Source: Alphaproteobacteria bacterium UBA3635
GTDB lineage: Bacteria; Pseudomonadota; Alphaproteobacteria; Rs-D84
Length of the DNA stretch: 64,000 nucleotides
NCBI GenBank assembly: GCA_002373935.1
Contig: DFKW01000002.1
Span: 4,819 to 68,818, forward strand
Direction of reading: 5' to 3'
Shown: piece after piece, positions 9,783 to 19,313 of the stretch
Position numbering within the stretch: the stretch's first letter is position 1
How the letters are laid out: each line of letters starts with the position of its first letter
Program-made: the position numbers and the translations under genes
The notes under the pieces: generated by a model
The model's input: the letters and a program-made list of their open reading frames with translations, nothing else
The model's database searches: none
What the model was told of the DNA's origin: nothing

Positions 9783-10859
9783 TTAATTTTCCTCTTTGAA
9801 TAAACGCGCCGGGTCAACCGCACGATTACCACGACGAACCTCCATATACATTTCGCGTTTATCCGCATGCACGCGACCGATTGGTTCGCCCGCCAAGACC
9901 TCTTGATTTGGGACAACATCCACGCGTCCCATATTTGTGATAACGGTGTTATAACCATTTTTGTGCGACATAATAACAACCCGACCAAAACCACGGAAAG
10001 TATCAGCAAACTTTACCACACCATCGGCGGGCGCCGTCACCAACGCATCACCCGATGTGCGAATCCGCCAACCATCCGATGTCAATCCCAATGCCGTTTT
10101 TTCACCAAACCGCACGACAATCCGCCCCCGCACCGGCAGGTTTAATTTCCGCCGTGAAAAACGTGCATCCGATGACATTTCCGAACTGCCCACGCCGGCG
10201 GACAATTCCGAAATATTTTTTGCACGTTCAGATAATGCCTTTAATTTTTTCTGTAATGCGGCGTGTTCAGTTTTTAATTTTTCATTTTGCGCACTGCGTG
10301 TTTTTAACAGTTTATCCAACGCGTTGCGTTCACGAGTATATTTTTTTGCAGACCTGTCCAATTTTTCTTTTTCGACACTGCGTGCATTACGTATTTTTTC
10401 CAATTCATCCAATTGTTGCGATGCCCGTTGTATTTCGGCATCAAATTGCCCGGTAACGCCGGTCAACACAGACGCAGTTAAAACATAATCACGCATATTT
10501 TGCGCATCAAAACTGGGGCGCATCGCCATATATAAAATTCCCGACACAGAATCCAAAACGCGCGATTTGTTTGCATCTAATTCGCGAGAAATGTCACCCC
10601 GTCGCGCATCCAATTCATCAATTTTATTTTGCATTTTGCCGCGTTGTTCTTCCAAGTCACTCACTCTGTCGGCGGTGCGCACCAAATCTTGTTTTGTTTG
10701 TGCAACGTTTTTATCAGATTGCTTGACCTGTTCGGCCAACTTTTTATTTTTTTGTTCGACCTGTTTAATTTCTGATTGAATACGCGACAATTCACTGGCA
10801 CAAAGTGCCGGCGACATAAATACCACACAACCGATTAAAATAATCAGTATTTTTTTCAT
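9783..10859 (-). CDS. envC: EnvC-like murein hydrolase activator (coiled coil plus degenerate LytM/M23 domain)
   Basis: 358 aa. Signal peptide, long coiled coil and a C-terminal M23-like domain lacking the HLHFE-type metal ligands. Confidence 0.65.
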   Translation of the reverse strand: MKKILIILIGCVVFMSPALCASELSRIQSEIKQVEQKNKKLAEQVKQSDKNVAQTKQDLVRTADRVSDLEEQRGKMQNKIDELDARRGDISRELDANKSRVLDSVSGILYMAMRPSFDAQNMRDYVLTASVLTGVTGQFDAEIQRASQQLDELEKIRNARSVEKEKLDRSAKKYTRERNALDKLLKTRSAQNEKLKTEHAALQKKLKALSERAKNISELSAGVGSSEMSSDARFSRRKLNLPVRGRIVVRFGEKTALGLTSDGWRIRTSGDALVTAPADGVVKFADTFRGFGRVVIMSHKNGYNTVITNMGRVDVVPNQEVLAGEPIGRVHADKREMYMEVRRGNRAVDPARLFKEEN

Positions 10860-10863
10860 TATG

Positions 10864-12075
10864 TTATTTTACAACAACACGCAAAAATGTTTTCTTTCCT
10901 TTCTGAACCATGTGTTCCGCATTTGACACGACGAATTCTTTATCGGTAATTTTTTGTGAATCAATTTGAACACCACCCTGTTCGACATTACGGCGCGCAT
11001 CAGATTTTGAATCAAACAATTTAATCGCAACCAAGAAATCCAAAATTTTCATTGGTTCACGCATTTCTAATTCAACGAAGGGCACATTGGCACTGTTCGC
11101 ACCGCCACCAAACAACGCCGCCGCGGCCGCCTCTGCATCCCGCGCAGCGTCCGTCCCATGCGCAATTTCGGTCGCCGCGTATGCCAGTATTTTTTTAACC
11201 TCGTTCAATTCCGCACCTTGCTTACGTGACAATTCTGCAATTTCTGCCAATGGAATTTCGGTAAAGATTTTCAAAAACTTTTCAACCAACTCGTCCGGCG
11301 TATTGCGGAAATATTGATAGTATTCATAAGGCGTCGTTTTATCTTCGTTCACCCAAACCGCATTACCCGCAGATTTTCCAATTTTATTTCCATTTGAATC
11401 CGTAATCAGCGATGTTGATAACACAAATGCTTCTTTACCTAATTTTTTGCGTATCAATTCCACACCCATAATCGCGTTGCCCCATTGGTCCGCACCACAC
11501 AGTTGCAACACGCAATTATGTTCGCGATAAAGTGTCAAGAAATCAACCGCCTGGAAAGTCATATAATTAAATTCCAAAAATGTCATACCATTTTCCAAAC
11601 GTTTTTTCACACTTTCCATCGACAACATACGCGGAATTGTGAAATCCAAACCATACTGCGCCAAAAAATCCAAATGCGAATATCCGCGCATCCAATCATA
11701 GTTATCAACAATCAACGCGTCCGATGCACCATTACCAAATTTCAAAAATTTAGAATAAGATTTTTTTAACCCCGCGATATTTTTTTGCAAAACATCCTCG
11801 GTCATCATGGGACGACCCGTATCACGGCCCGACGGGTCCCCAATGCGCCCAGTTGCGCCACCAACCAACATCAATGGTTTATGCCCATATTTTTGCAACC
11901 AACGCATCATCATCACCGGCACCAGGTGTCCCACATGCAGCGAATCCGCCGTCGGGTCCGAACCTAAATAAACCGCGATTTGTCCGTTATCCAACAAATC
12001 CGCCACCGCATCCATATTTGAACATTGATTGATAAACCCGCGCTCGCGCAATTCAAACATTAAATTGTTTTTCAT
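10864..12075 (-). CDS. tyrS: Tyrosine--tRNA ligase
   Basis: 403 aa from ATG 12075. HVGHL (HIGH) and KIGKS (KMSKS) motifs and a C-terminal S4-like domain. Confidence 0.95.
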   Translation of the reverse strand: MKNNLMFELRERGFINQCSNMDAVADLLDNGQIAVYLGSDPTADSLHVGHLVPVMMMRWLQKYGHKPLMLVGGATGRIGDPSGRDTGRPMMTEDVLQKNIAGLKKSYSKFLKFGNGASDALIVDNYDWMRGYSHLDFLAQYGLDFTIPRMLSMESVKKRLENGMTFLEFNYMTFQAVDFLTLYREHNCVLQLCGADQWGNAIMGVELIRKKLGKEAFVLSTSLITDSNGNKIGKSAGNAVWVNEDKTTPYEYYQYFRNTPDELVEKFLKIFTEIPLAEIAELSRKQGAELNEVKKILAYAATEIAHGTDAARDAEAAAAALFGGGANSANVPFVELEMREPMKILDFLVAIKLFDSKSDARRNVEQGGVQIDSQKITDKEFVVSNAEHMVQKGKKTFLRVVVK

Positions 12076-12145
12076 CACAAAACCTTTTTCTATATCAGAA
12101 AAAATAATAGCACGAAAAATCGTGCCTTGCAACAAATGATATCAA

Positions 12146-12173
12146 CAAAAAATCCGCCAAGATTTTGGCGGAT
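12146..12173 (-). terminator. Rho-independent terminator after the 58-aa ORF
   Basis: ATCCGCCAAAATCTTGGCGGAT hairpin followed by TTTTTT on the minus strand. Confidence 0.7.
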
Positions 12174-12180
12174 TTAGATT

Positions 12181-12357
12181 TTATCGAATATTCAACAAAC
12201 GTTTCACACGCAGTGTCATTTGTTGCAACACTTCCGCACGTGTGCCGGAAAATTCCTCACGTCCAATTTTAGAATCAAACGCGACATGATAATTTCCGTT
12301 TTTGTCACATAACACGATTGGATTTTGAATTGGATAATTTTCAGTTTTTTTATACAT
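12181..12357 (-). CDS. Hypothetical small protein (58 aa)
   Basis: ATG 12357 with a GGGGG SD. The upstream part of the track ORF lies inside the tsf terminator hairpin and was trimmed. Confidence 0.45.
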   Translation of the reverse strand: MYKKTENYPIQNPIVLCDKNGNYHVAFDSKIGREEFSGTRAEVLQQMTLRVKRLLNIR

Positions 12358-12381
12358 TTTTACCCCCTTTTCGATGGAAAA

Positions 12382-12406
12382 GTCGCACAAATAAAATCTG
12401 TGCGAC
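12382..12406 (-). terminator. tsf terminator hairpin
   Basis: GTCGCACA...TGTGCGAC stem followed by TTTTCC on the minus strand, 30 nt after the tsf stop. Confidence 0.6.
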
Positions 12407-12435
12407 TCTCTCCGTTGTTTTTTATTTATGCAAAA

Positions 12436-13305
12436 CTATTGCAACATTTTTGCAACTTCGTCCGCCAAGTTATCTTCGCGTTTTTGGATACCTTCGCCCA
12501 AAACATAGTATGCAAACCCGGCCAATTTACCACCGGCCTCGGCCACAACTTGTTTCACAGATTTGCTCGGGTCCATAACGAACGGTTGTTCTTCTAAAAC
12601 GGATTCCGCATAGTATTTTTGCAAACGACCCTGGACCATTTTTTCAACGATGTTTTCAGGTTTGCCGTTTGTCGCGCCCGATTCAATGAAAACACGACGT
12701 TCACGTTCAACCGCCACCGGGTCAACATCCGCAATCGTCATATATTCCGGTTTGTTTGCCGCAATGTGCATTGCAATTTTTGGCCCAATTTCATCGATTT
12801 TCGGGTCATTTCCATTGATTGCAACCGCAACACCAATTTGTCCCATACCCGGCACCAATGCATTGTGAATATAAGAATAAATATGGTCGCCATTGACCTT
12901 GGCAATACGGCGCAAGTTCATATTTTCGCCAATTGTGGAAATTGTTGCCGCGATATCATCTTTGACCGCCGCCAATGTGGCATCAAAATCGCCAGACAAT
13001 TCCAATGCTTTGTTTGCGACATCGGCAACCAATTTTTGGAATTTTTCGTTTTTGGCAACGAAATCTGTTTCGGCATTTAATTCCACAACGCATCCCAAGT
13101 TATCGCATTTAACAACGGTCACCAAACCAGATGCCGCAACACGACCGGCCTTGGATGCCGCCTTGACAATACCTTTTTTACGCAACCAGTCAGCCGCCGC
13201 ATCAATATCGCCATTGTTTTCGATTAATGCCTTTTTGCAATCCAACATACCCGCCGCGGTTTTTTCGCGCAGTTCTTGAATCAATTTTGCTGTCACTTCT
13301 GCCAT
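12436..13305 (-). CDS. tsf: Elongation factor Ts
   Basis: 289 aa. N-terminal UBA-like block TAAGMLDCKKAL and the EF-Ts core. Sits downstream of rpsB as usual. Confidence 0.95.
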   Translation of the reverse strand: MAEVTAKLIQELREKTAAGMLDCKKALIENNGDIDAAADWLRKKGIVKAASKAGRVAASGLVTVVKCDNLGCVVELNAETDFVAKNEKFQKLVADVANKALELSGDFDATLAAVKDDIAATISTIGENMNLRRIAKVNGDHIYSYIHNALVPGMGQIGVAVAINGNDPKIDEIGPKIAMHIAANKPEYMTIADVDPVAVERERRVFIESGATNGKPENIVEKMVQGRLQKYYAESVLEEQPFVMDPSKSVKQVVAEAGGKLAGFAYYVLGEGIQKREDNLADEVAKMLQ

Positions 13306-13386
13306 TGTTATTTCCTTTCTTACTTAAATATATAACTGATTAAAAATTCTGCGTTCGGGGACGCATCCCCGAACAGCGTCTAATTT

Positions 13387-14223
13387 TTATTTGTCGGCTT
13401 TCTTTTCACGACGTTCCGCGCGTGAAACAGACGCCTTGGACTTTTCACGGGCCGCAGAATCTTTGGCATCGGCCTCGATATCATCGGCCGCATCCGCGTC
13501 AGCATCCGCCTTTTTGGCCGCCGCACCGCCCAAACGTTTTTCAATACCCGACAAAATTGCATCAACGAACAAATCGCAATACAATTGTGTCGCACGTGCC
13601 GCATCGTCATTACCCGGCACCGGATAGTCAACCATTTCCGGATTCGCGTTTGTATCACAAATTGCGATTGTTGGAATGTCCAAGATTTTTGCCTCGCGCA
13701 CAGCGTTCATTTCACGTGGCACATCGATAACAATCATCGCCTGGGGCGTGCCATGCATTTCCAAAATACCACCGAACACAGAACGCAATTTTTCGACTTC
13801 TTTGGTCATAACACCGACTTCTTTTTTGGTCAATCCCAATTTGTCAGCATTTGCGATGTCATTTTCCATTTTTTTCAAACGACGAATAGATTGCGAAACC
13901 GTTGTCCAGTTTGTCAACATACCACCCAACCAACGATTGTTCACATAGTATTGACCGCAACGTTCGGCCGCATCGCGAACGATATCTTTGGCCTGGTGCT
14001 TGGTTGCGACGAACAAGATTTTACCACCGGCGGCGGCAACGGCCTCTAATGCGACCAATGCACGATGCAACAACGGTGCAGTTTTGTTCAAATTGATAAT
14101 GTGAATTTTATCTTTGACGCCATAAACGTATGGGGTCATCAAAGGGTTCCAACGACGAGTGTGGTGTCCAAAATGAACGCCGGCCTCCATCAATTGTTTC
14201 ATAGTAAATGTAGGCAATGCCAT
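13387..14223 (-). CDS. rpsB: 30S ribosomal protein S2 with charged C-terminal tail
   Basis: 278 aa from ATG 14223. S2 core (VHFGHHTRRWNP...). The last ~45 aa are Ala/Asp/Lys-rich. Confidence 0.95.
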   Translation of the reverse strand: MALPTFTMKQLMEAGVHFGHHTRRWNPLMTPYVYGVKDKIHIINLNKTAPLLHRALVALEAVAAAGGKILFVATKHQAKDIVRDAAERCGQYYVNNRWLGGMLTNWTTVSQSIRRLKKMENDIANADKLGLTKKEVGVMTKEVEKLRSVFGGILEMHGTPQAMIVIDVPREMNAVREAKILDIPTIAICDTNANPEMVDYPVPGNDDAARATQLYCDLFVDAILSGIEKRLGGAAAKKADADADAADDIEADAKDSAAREKSKASVSRAERREKKADK

Positions 14224-14375
14224 AATTTTATCCTTTTTTCTGTTAATTCCTCGTTCCCGTGGATTTAGCCAAAAACAATATGTTATGGACAGAATCAACC
14301 ACGAAAACTGTGTTCTTCGCTAAGACAGCGTGCCCTGATTTTGACACAAAAATATCGGAAAATCAAGTATTTTTA

Positions 14376-14407
14376 TAAAAAAATCCCGCATTTCGCAGGA
14401 TTTTTTA
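14376..14407 (-). terminator. Terminator closing the three-gene small-ORF array
   Basis: ATCCTGCGAAATGCGGGAT hairpin followed by TTTTTTT on the minus strand, 6 nt after the stop at 14413. Confidence 0.65.
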
Positions 14408-14412
14408 CCTTT

Positions 14413-14853
14413 TTATCTTTTGTTTTGTTGTGTTTCGGTAAACACTGAATCTTTGATTTGGTTAAATTTAGCACGTTGCTGTCTGGCCCAGGTACTGTCA
14501 CGATTGTATTGTATAAATGGATAATAAAGTACTTTGTTGCTTTTATACTCATCTTTGTCTGCTTTGACGATTATTGTATCCCCAGGAACCAAATATTTAT
14601 AGTCGCTACTAGCATCATGCATACCAATACCAGTTAAAATTCTTTCTTGTTTGTCGGTACAAATATCACGAACTAATATTTTATCCTTGCTGTTTTTAAC
14701 AACAACATTTTTGTATTCTGATTTTAGACCAAACGTCAGATATATCTCGGCACCGATAAGCCCCGCGACCAGAACACACATCATATAAAGTGGAAAAGAT
14801 GAAGATACATCTTTGTTTTTTTTATTTGTTTGATTTTCGTTTTTTTCTGTCAT
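14413..14853 (-). CDS. Hypothetical membrane-anchored protein (146 aa), array gene 3
   Basis: One N-terminal TM helix (FPLYMMCVLVAGLIGAEIYLTFGL). Ends ...TQQNKR. The start context AAAGGTTCGCAATCATG is shared with array gene 2. Confidence 0.6.
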   Translation of the reverse strand: MTEKNENQTNKKNKDVSSSFPLYMMCVLVAGLIGAEIYLTFGLKSEYKNVVVKNSKDKILVRDICTDKQERILTGIGMHDASSDYKYLVPGDTIIVKADKDEYKSNKVLYYPFIQYNRDSTWARQQRAKFNQIKDSVFTETQQNKR

Positions 14854-14866
14854 GATTGCGAACCTT

Positions 14867-15118
14867 TTATCTTTTGATTTGTTGTGTTCTTTCTTGTAAA
14901 TGTTCTTCCAAAATTGTTTTACACTCTTCTATTTTAGCCACAGACGTGCCTAAAGGAACAATCATAGTTTTTTCACGCTCAGAATATCCTATTTTTATAC
15001 CGCGAATAAAACAAGTTATGGCATCAGGATAACATTTAATCGCACGCAAACCACCAGCGGGTATAGTGCATATATAAGGTGCACTTACAATATCCTTTAC
15101 ATACAATGATTTTGCCAT
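14867..15118 (-). CDS. Hypothetical protein (83 aa), array gene 2
   Basis: Ends ...TQQIKR. Shares the conserved junction with its neighbours. No recognisable family. Confidence 0.55.
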   Translation of the reverse strand: MAKSLYVKDIVSAPYICTIPAGGLRAIKCYPDAITCFIRGIKIGYSEREKTMIVPLGTSVAKIEECKTILEEHLQERTQQIKR

Positions 15119-15132
15119 GATTGCGAACCTTT

Positions 15133-15558
15133 TTATCTTTTATTTGAATGTATTTGATTTACAATTTCGCTATAAAAATCATTTGCCTTTTGTTGCGCAG
15201 ATTTTAATAATCCATCATGAAATTCATATACCGCTTCCCAATATGATTGATAAGGGCTGTTGTCCACATAAATTTCTGCACAATTCGATGCGCGTGGTGG
15301 TTTCATACCCTTGGATTCAGAATTAAACCGAACACGAACGTTATAGTATGTGACAGGTTTATTACCAAATAAACCACCCATTGTACGATAAGGATACACA
15401 TTATAAACATACGTTGGATAAATAGCGGACGTGCTATGAAAATCGCTTTCATGCCATTCTGGATTTTGTTTAACCGGCATTCCTATCTTTGCCCCATACC
15501 CGTTATTATATGTTCCGGGTTTATATTGTCCATATTCATCAAACACACTGTATGACAT
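15133..15558 (-). CDS. Hypothetical Tyr/Asn-rich protein (141 aa), array gene 1
   Basis: Ends ...HSNKR. First gene of the array. No recognisable family. Confidence 0.55.
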   Translation of the reverse strand: MSYSVFDEYGQYKPGTYNNGYGAKIGMPVKQNPEWHESDFHSTSAIYPTYVYNVYPYRTMGGLFGNKPVTYYNVRVRFNSESKGMKPPRASNCAEIYVDNSPYQSYWEAVYEFHDGLLKSAQQKANDFYSEIVNQIHSNKR

Positions 15559-15664
15559 TTTATTACCTTTTTAATCACTATACCCACAGTCAAAATACCA
15601 AAAAAAACGGCAATATCAAGATATTTTGACAAAAAAGCATTTCGCCATCCTGGGGAACTAATCA

Positions 15665-15703
15665 CCCATAAAATTTCAGAATTTTGCGGGGCCCGATATC
15701 GCC
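15665..15703 (+). repeat. Copy 1 of a ~40-bp repeat with core AATTTTGCGGGGCCCG
   Basis: Matches 19167-19206 (about 33 of 40 positions, 16-nt perfect core). Confidence 0.6.
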
Positions 15704-15835
15704 CCTTTGCACAAAAAAAACGACCGTCCACGGAGCCCCGAAAAATTCCAACGAATTTTTTGGGTGGGTTCAGGCGTTTTTATATAACACTACATAAACG
15801 AGCAAACAACCAGCAGATGCGCCGTTATGAATAAT

Positions 15836-16711
15836 TTATTTTTCTGTTGGCAAAGATTCTGCGCGTTTCAAATTAAACTTATTTATATAGTTAAACGACA
15901 AACCAACGGTTGTGTTTGAACCGTAATGTTCTGCGGCACGTGCCAGGGCCCGCCGATAATTCACATACGGACCAAATGTGAAATTCCCCCACAGGTTCGT
16001 ATCCAAACGGGCATTAACACTTAAATCACGGCGAAAATCGGTCGCAACATACCGCGAATAGTCCAAATATTCACGATAGTATCCGTCACTGTTGAATTTG
16101 ACCCCTTCCCTGATTTCGTATTCGGCACGCCATCCGGCCTCGACTGCGAATTTACTGACGGGTTCATGCACATCCGTGAAATCGTTTTCATAAACCGCGG
16201 TTAAATACAATGTCTTGAAAATTTTATGGTCAAATAACGCAATACCGGCAGATGGGCGGACGATTTTACGAATATGCGGATTACCCACAAATTCAGATTC
16301 ATATTCGGCACGAACAATTGGTCCCAACCGCAGATTTTCCCAATCCCACACCGCATACGACAAATCCGATGTAAATAAAATCTTATCCGCCTTTTCATCC
16401 GTCGTCCGCGGTTCGTTATATGGTTTCAGTGTTGTTTTACCATATGTCATAAACAATGAATTATCCCAACGAAACCGGTCAAAACCATATTCCAACGCGG
16501 TATCAAATACACCAACAAAAGAATCCTGGGACGATGCGGTAAACGCAGACACCGGCGAATCTGCATATTCTTCGGCGTGACCGATTTGGGTTTTGGTCCA
16601 ATCAACCCCAATCCGGCGAATATTCAAATCAAATTTAGATTCATGTGGTGTATCCAACGCAAAACCAACCGTTGGCACCAAACACATCAACGCAACTGCA
16701 ATTTTTTTCAT
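15836..16711 (-). CDS. Outer-membrane beta-barrel-like protein
   Basis: 291 aa from ATG 16711, with an AAGGAA SD 9 nt upstream; the track GTG start was trimmed. Signal peptide and an alternating aromatic beta-strand pattern. Confidence 0.6.
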   Translation of the reverse strand: MKKIAVALMCLVPTVGFALDTPHESKFDLNIRRIGVDWTKTQIGHAEEYADSPVSAFTASSQDSFVGVFDTALEYGFDRFRWDNSLFMTYGKTTLKPYNEPRTTDEKADKILFTSDLSYAVWDWENLRLGPIVRAEYESEFVGNPHIRKIVRPSAGIALFDHKIFKTLYLTAVYENDFTDVHEPVSKFAVEAGWRAEYEIREGVKFNSDGYYREYLDYSRYVATDFRRDLSVNARLDTNLWGNFTFGPYVNYRRALARAAEHYGSNTTVGLSFNYINKFNLKRAESLPTEK

Positions 16712-16782
16712 CAGTTTCACTTCCTTTGGTTAAAAAACTACAATGCAACGGTAAAAGATATTAAGAATAAATTCAACCAAAA

Positions 16783-17412
16783 TTATCGGGAAATAACTAT
16801 ACCACCCGCCGAATTTGACACACGCCAACCATTTTCGCGCAATGCACGTGTCAATTTCGACGCGTCCACATCAGGCACAACAAACGACACACGCGACCCA
16901 ATAATATTTTTCGTCGCAATATCGACATCAACCGCCCGCGCCGCCGCATTTAACGCCGCCCAATCATAAATCGGGTTATACAATGTTGCAACCGCAATCA
17001 CCGAATTTTCCGGTGCCACAACCGCGGCCGCATTTGATGACGGCAACGAATTTTCAACAGAATATTTTTCCATCCAACTTTTCGCCGCATCCCCATCAAT
17101 CACAAAAGAAATATTTGCCGTATATGTCGTATCCGACGCACGTTCCCCGGTCACCGCCGACGAAGAAATTATATCCGACAATTCATCATCAGAACTCTGT
17201 TTGATTGCCGCATTTAATTGTTCCACATTGGCGTATGGACGCAATTCGGTTGCGATAACATCGCGTTGTGCCGAATTAAACGCACGCGCCTTGGCCGCCG
17301 CCGCGGTGTCCGCCGTCACATTGACGGGAATCACACCGGTAATTTCAACCGCCCCCGCCGCATAAACCGCAAACGCACAACAAAACGCGAACAAAAATTT
17401 AATTCTGCGCAT
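16783..17412 (-). CDS. Secreted hypothetical protein (209 aa)
   Basis: Signal peptide FAFCCAFAVYAAGA followed by an Ala-rich soluble domain. No recognisable family. Confidence 0.55.
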   Translation of the reverse strand: MRRIKFLFAFCCAFAVYAAGAVEITGVIPVNVTADTAAAAKARAFNSAQRDVIATELRPYANVEQLNAAIKQSSDDELSDIISSSAVTGERASDTTYTANISFVIDGDAAKSWMEKYSVENSLPSSNAAAVVAPENSVIAVATLYNPIYDWAALNAAARAVDVDIATKNIIGSRVSFVVPDVDASKLTRALRENGWRVSNSAGGIVISR

Positions 17413-17431
17413 AAATAGTTATCCTTATATC

Positions 17432-18970
17432 CTAGAATTTGGCCTGGATGCCCAAACGAATACCCAACGATTTATAAATCGATTCGATTTCGTCCGACAT
17501 TTCTTGTTTCCAACCCGCGCCCTGCATTGCGTTTATCGCGGCAATTGTTTCCAAATTTTCCACGTATGTTTGTGCATCTGTCGTGGCACTTGCACCCGTC
17601 CAACTGTTATAATCTGAATTACCGTATGTTGCCTCTAGCGCATTGTTTTCTGCAACCGCCGGATTATAAAAACGTTCCATATAATATGCCGAATTCAAAT
17701 ACGATGTCACATCCGCACCCGACACAGTATAATAATCAAATGTCATACCCAATGTCATCATCACAGAATCCGTAAGCGAGTGCATCCAATTCGCACCAAA
17801 TCCAAAATGATACGCATCACCAAATCCGCCCTTGTCTTCCAAACTTTTTGGATGTTGCCAATCCGGACGATACGGTTGATCCGCCGTCACATTATATGTT
17901 GGCAAACCAAATTCCAACCGCGCATTTACGGCATCATTTTGCGTAATGTCATACATCATATCTAATGCCAAATATGGTCCCGCCCATTCGGCCTCGTAAG
18001 AATGACTGACACCATCTTGATAGTAATAATAGTTGTTTTCGGTACTGACATATTGGGCGCCACTGGGGATGACGACATAATAACTGCTTGCATCGACCGT
18101 TCCCAACGCCGGATTGCCCGACCCGTCAACAAAAACCAAGAACGGCAAACATTGTGTTTCGTCACCACGCGTCACACAATAATTATCCGCACCCGACGCC
18201 GTATCAAAAGACAAACCATAATTTTGTTTCGTTTCCAATTTGTATTTCAAATAACGATACCCGACCGATGGAGTAATCCGAACACCGCCCAAATGCCACA
18301 TATCAACCAAACCGACACCGGCAAACAATCCCATCATATCACCATCACTGGATGTTCCAACCGATAACGCGCGCCCCTGTTGCACCCAAATCTGATCTGC
18401 GACACCATCATTTGTTAAATCAACATTCCAATTTTGCAACGCATAACCACCGGCCGATATATCGTCATCAACCATGGGCGAATCGCCATATTGCATACCA
18501 TATTGACCACCCAATTGCAGGCGCACCAAACTGCGTCCCCAATTAAAGTCATATTTCGCCGCACCATCCAACACGTTCCAATGCAAATTATCATAATGCA
18601 ATTTAGACCCCGCGGTCTTCATTTCAAAATTCCACTCGGCAAATTGGTGTGATAAACCAACATCCAAACCAAAGCCACCATTTTGACGCGTGCTGTTATA
18701 AACCGGCGTTTTTTGTGCCGTGCGTGTTTGTTTTGCCGCGGTTGCCGTATTTTTTGTTGCCGCCCCCGATTTTGCACATGCCGCACCATTACATCCCGAC
18801 GCCACCGCATTTGCATTATTTTCACCGTATGTATAAAACGGATTTGCCGACGAAGTATAATTTCGCTGAACCGTGCCATTATAATTATAATAAGTTCCCG
18901 CCGCATGGGATGCACCACACAGCAACGCGAAAATTGAACAATGTAATAAAACACGCAGATTTCTTGACAT
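17432..18970 (-). CDS. Large outer-membrane beta-barrel protein (512 aa)
   Basis: Signal peptide, Gly/Tyr/Asn-rich strand repeats, and a C-terminal ...LGIQAKF beta-signal with terminal Phe. Confidence 0.65.
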   Translation of the reverse strand: MSRNLRVLLHCSIFALLCGASHAAGTYYNYNGTVQRNYTSSANPFYTYGENNANAVASGCNGAACAKSGAATKNTATAAKQTRTAQKTPVYNSTRQNGGFGLDVGLSHQFAEWNFEMKTAGSKLHYDNLHWNVLDGAAKYDFNWGRSLVRLQLGGQYGMQYGDSPMVDDDISAGGYALQNWNVDLTNDGVADQIWVQQGRALSVGTSSDGDMMGLFAGVGLVDMWHLGGVRITPSVGYRYLKYKLETKQNYGLSFDTASGADNYCVTRGDETQCLPFLVFVDGSGNPALGTVDASSYYVVIPSGAQYVSTENNYYYYQDGVSHSYEAEWAGPYLALDMMYDITQNDAVNARLEFGLPTYNVTADQPYRPDWQHPKSLEDKGGFGDAYHFGFGANWMHSLTDSVMMTLGMTFDYYTVSGADVTSYLNSAYYMERFYNPAVAENNALEATYGNSDYNSWTGASATTDAQTYVENLETIAAINAMQGAGWKQEMSDEIESIYKSLGIRLGIQAKF

Positions 18971-19065
18971 TTCACCTTACCTTTTAATATTATCGCCGTC
19001 ATTATAACATAAAAAACTTGAAAATGGAACATCTTATTGCAAAAATAAATCCGGATTTTGTTCGG

Positions 19066-19150
19066 GCAGCCATGGCGGAATTGGTATACGCGCAGCACTA
19101 AGGATGCTGTGGATAAATCCTTGGGGGTTCAAGTCCCCCTGGCTGCACCA
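19066..19150 (+). tRNA. tRNA-Leu, anticodon AAG (class II, long variable arm, encoded CCA)
   Basis: Hand-folded: acceptor GCAGCCA/TGGCTGC, D arm GCG-GAATTGGTATA-CGC, anticodon stem CAGCA/TGCTG with loop CTAAGGA, T arm GGGGG-TTCAAGT-CCCCC, discriminator A. Confidence 0.85.
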
Positions 19151-19166
19151 TCCGCTTTCGGGTTTA

Positions 19167-19206
19167 CCCACAAAATTTTTCAAATTTTGCGGGGCCCGTT
19201 TTCGCC
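19167..19206 (+). repeat. Copy 2 of the ~40-bp repeat with core AATTTTGCGGGGCCCG
   Basis: Lies 17 nt downstream of tRNA-Leu. Matches 15665-15703. Confidence 0.6.
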
Positions 19207-19313
19207 GCAGCGAGATTACGCCCACAAGCAAATAAACAACAAGCAAATACAATATAAAAATATCCTTGCTCGCCATTTAATTTTTTTGCTAACATTTTAA
19301 CTAAAGAAAGGAA

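Noticed and set aside
15483-15731. 82-aa minus-strand ORF upstream of the small-ORF array
   Set aside because: It overlaps the start of the 141-aa gene in another frame and runs through the ~40-bp repeat and terminator-like sequence. It has no SD.
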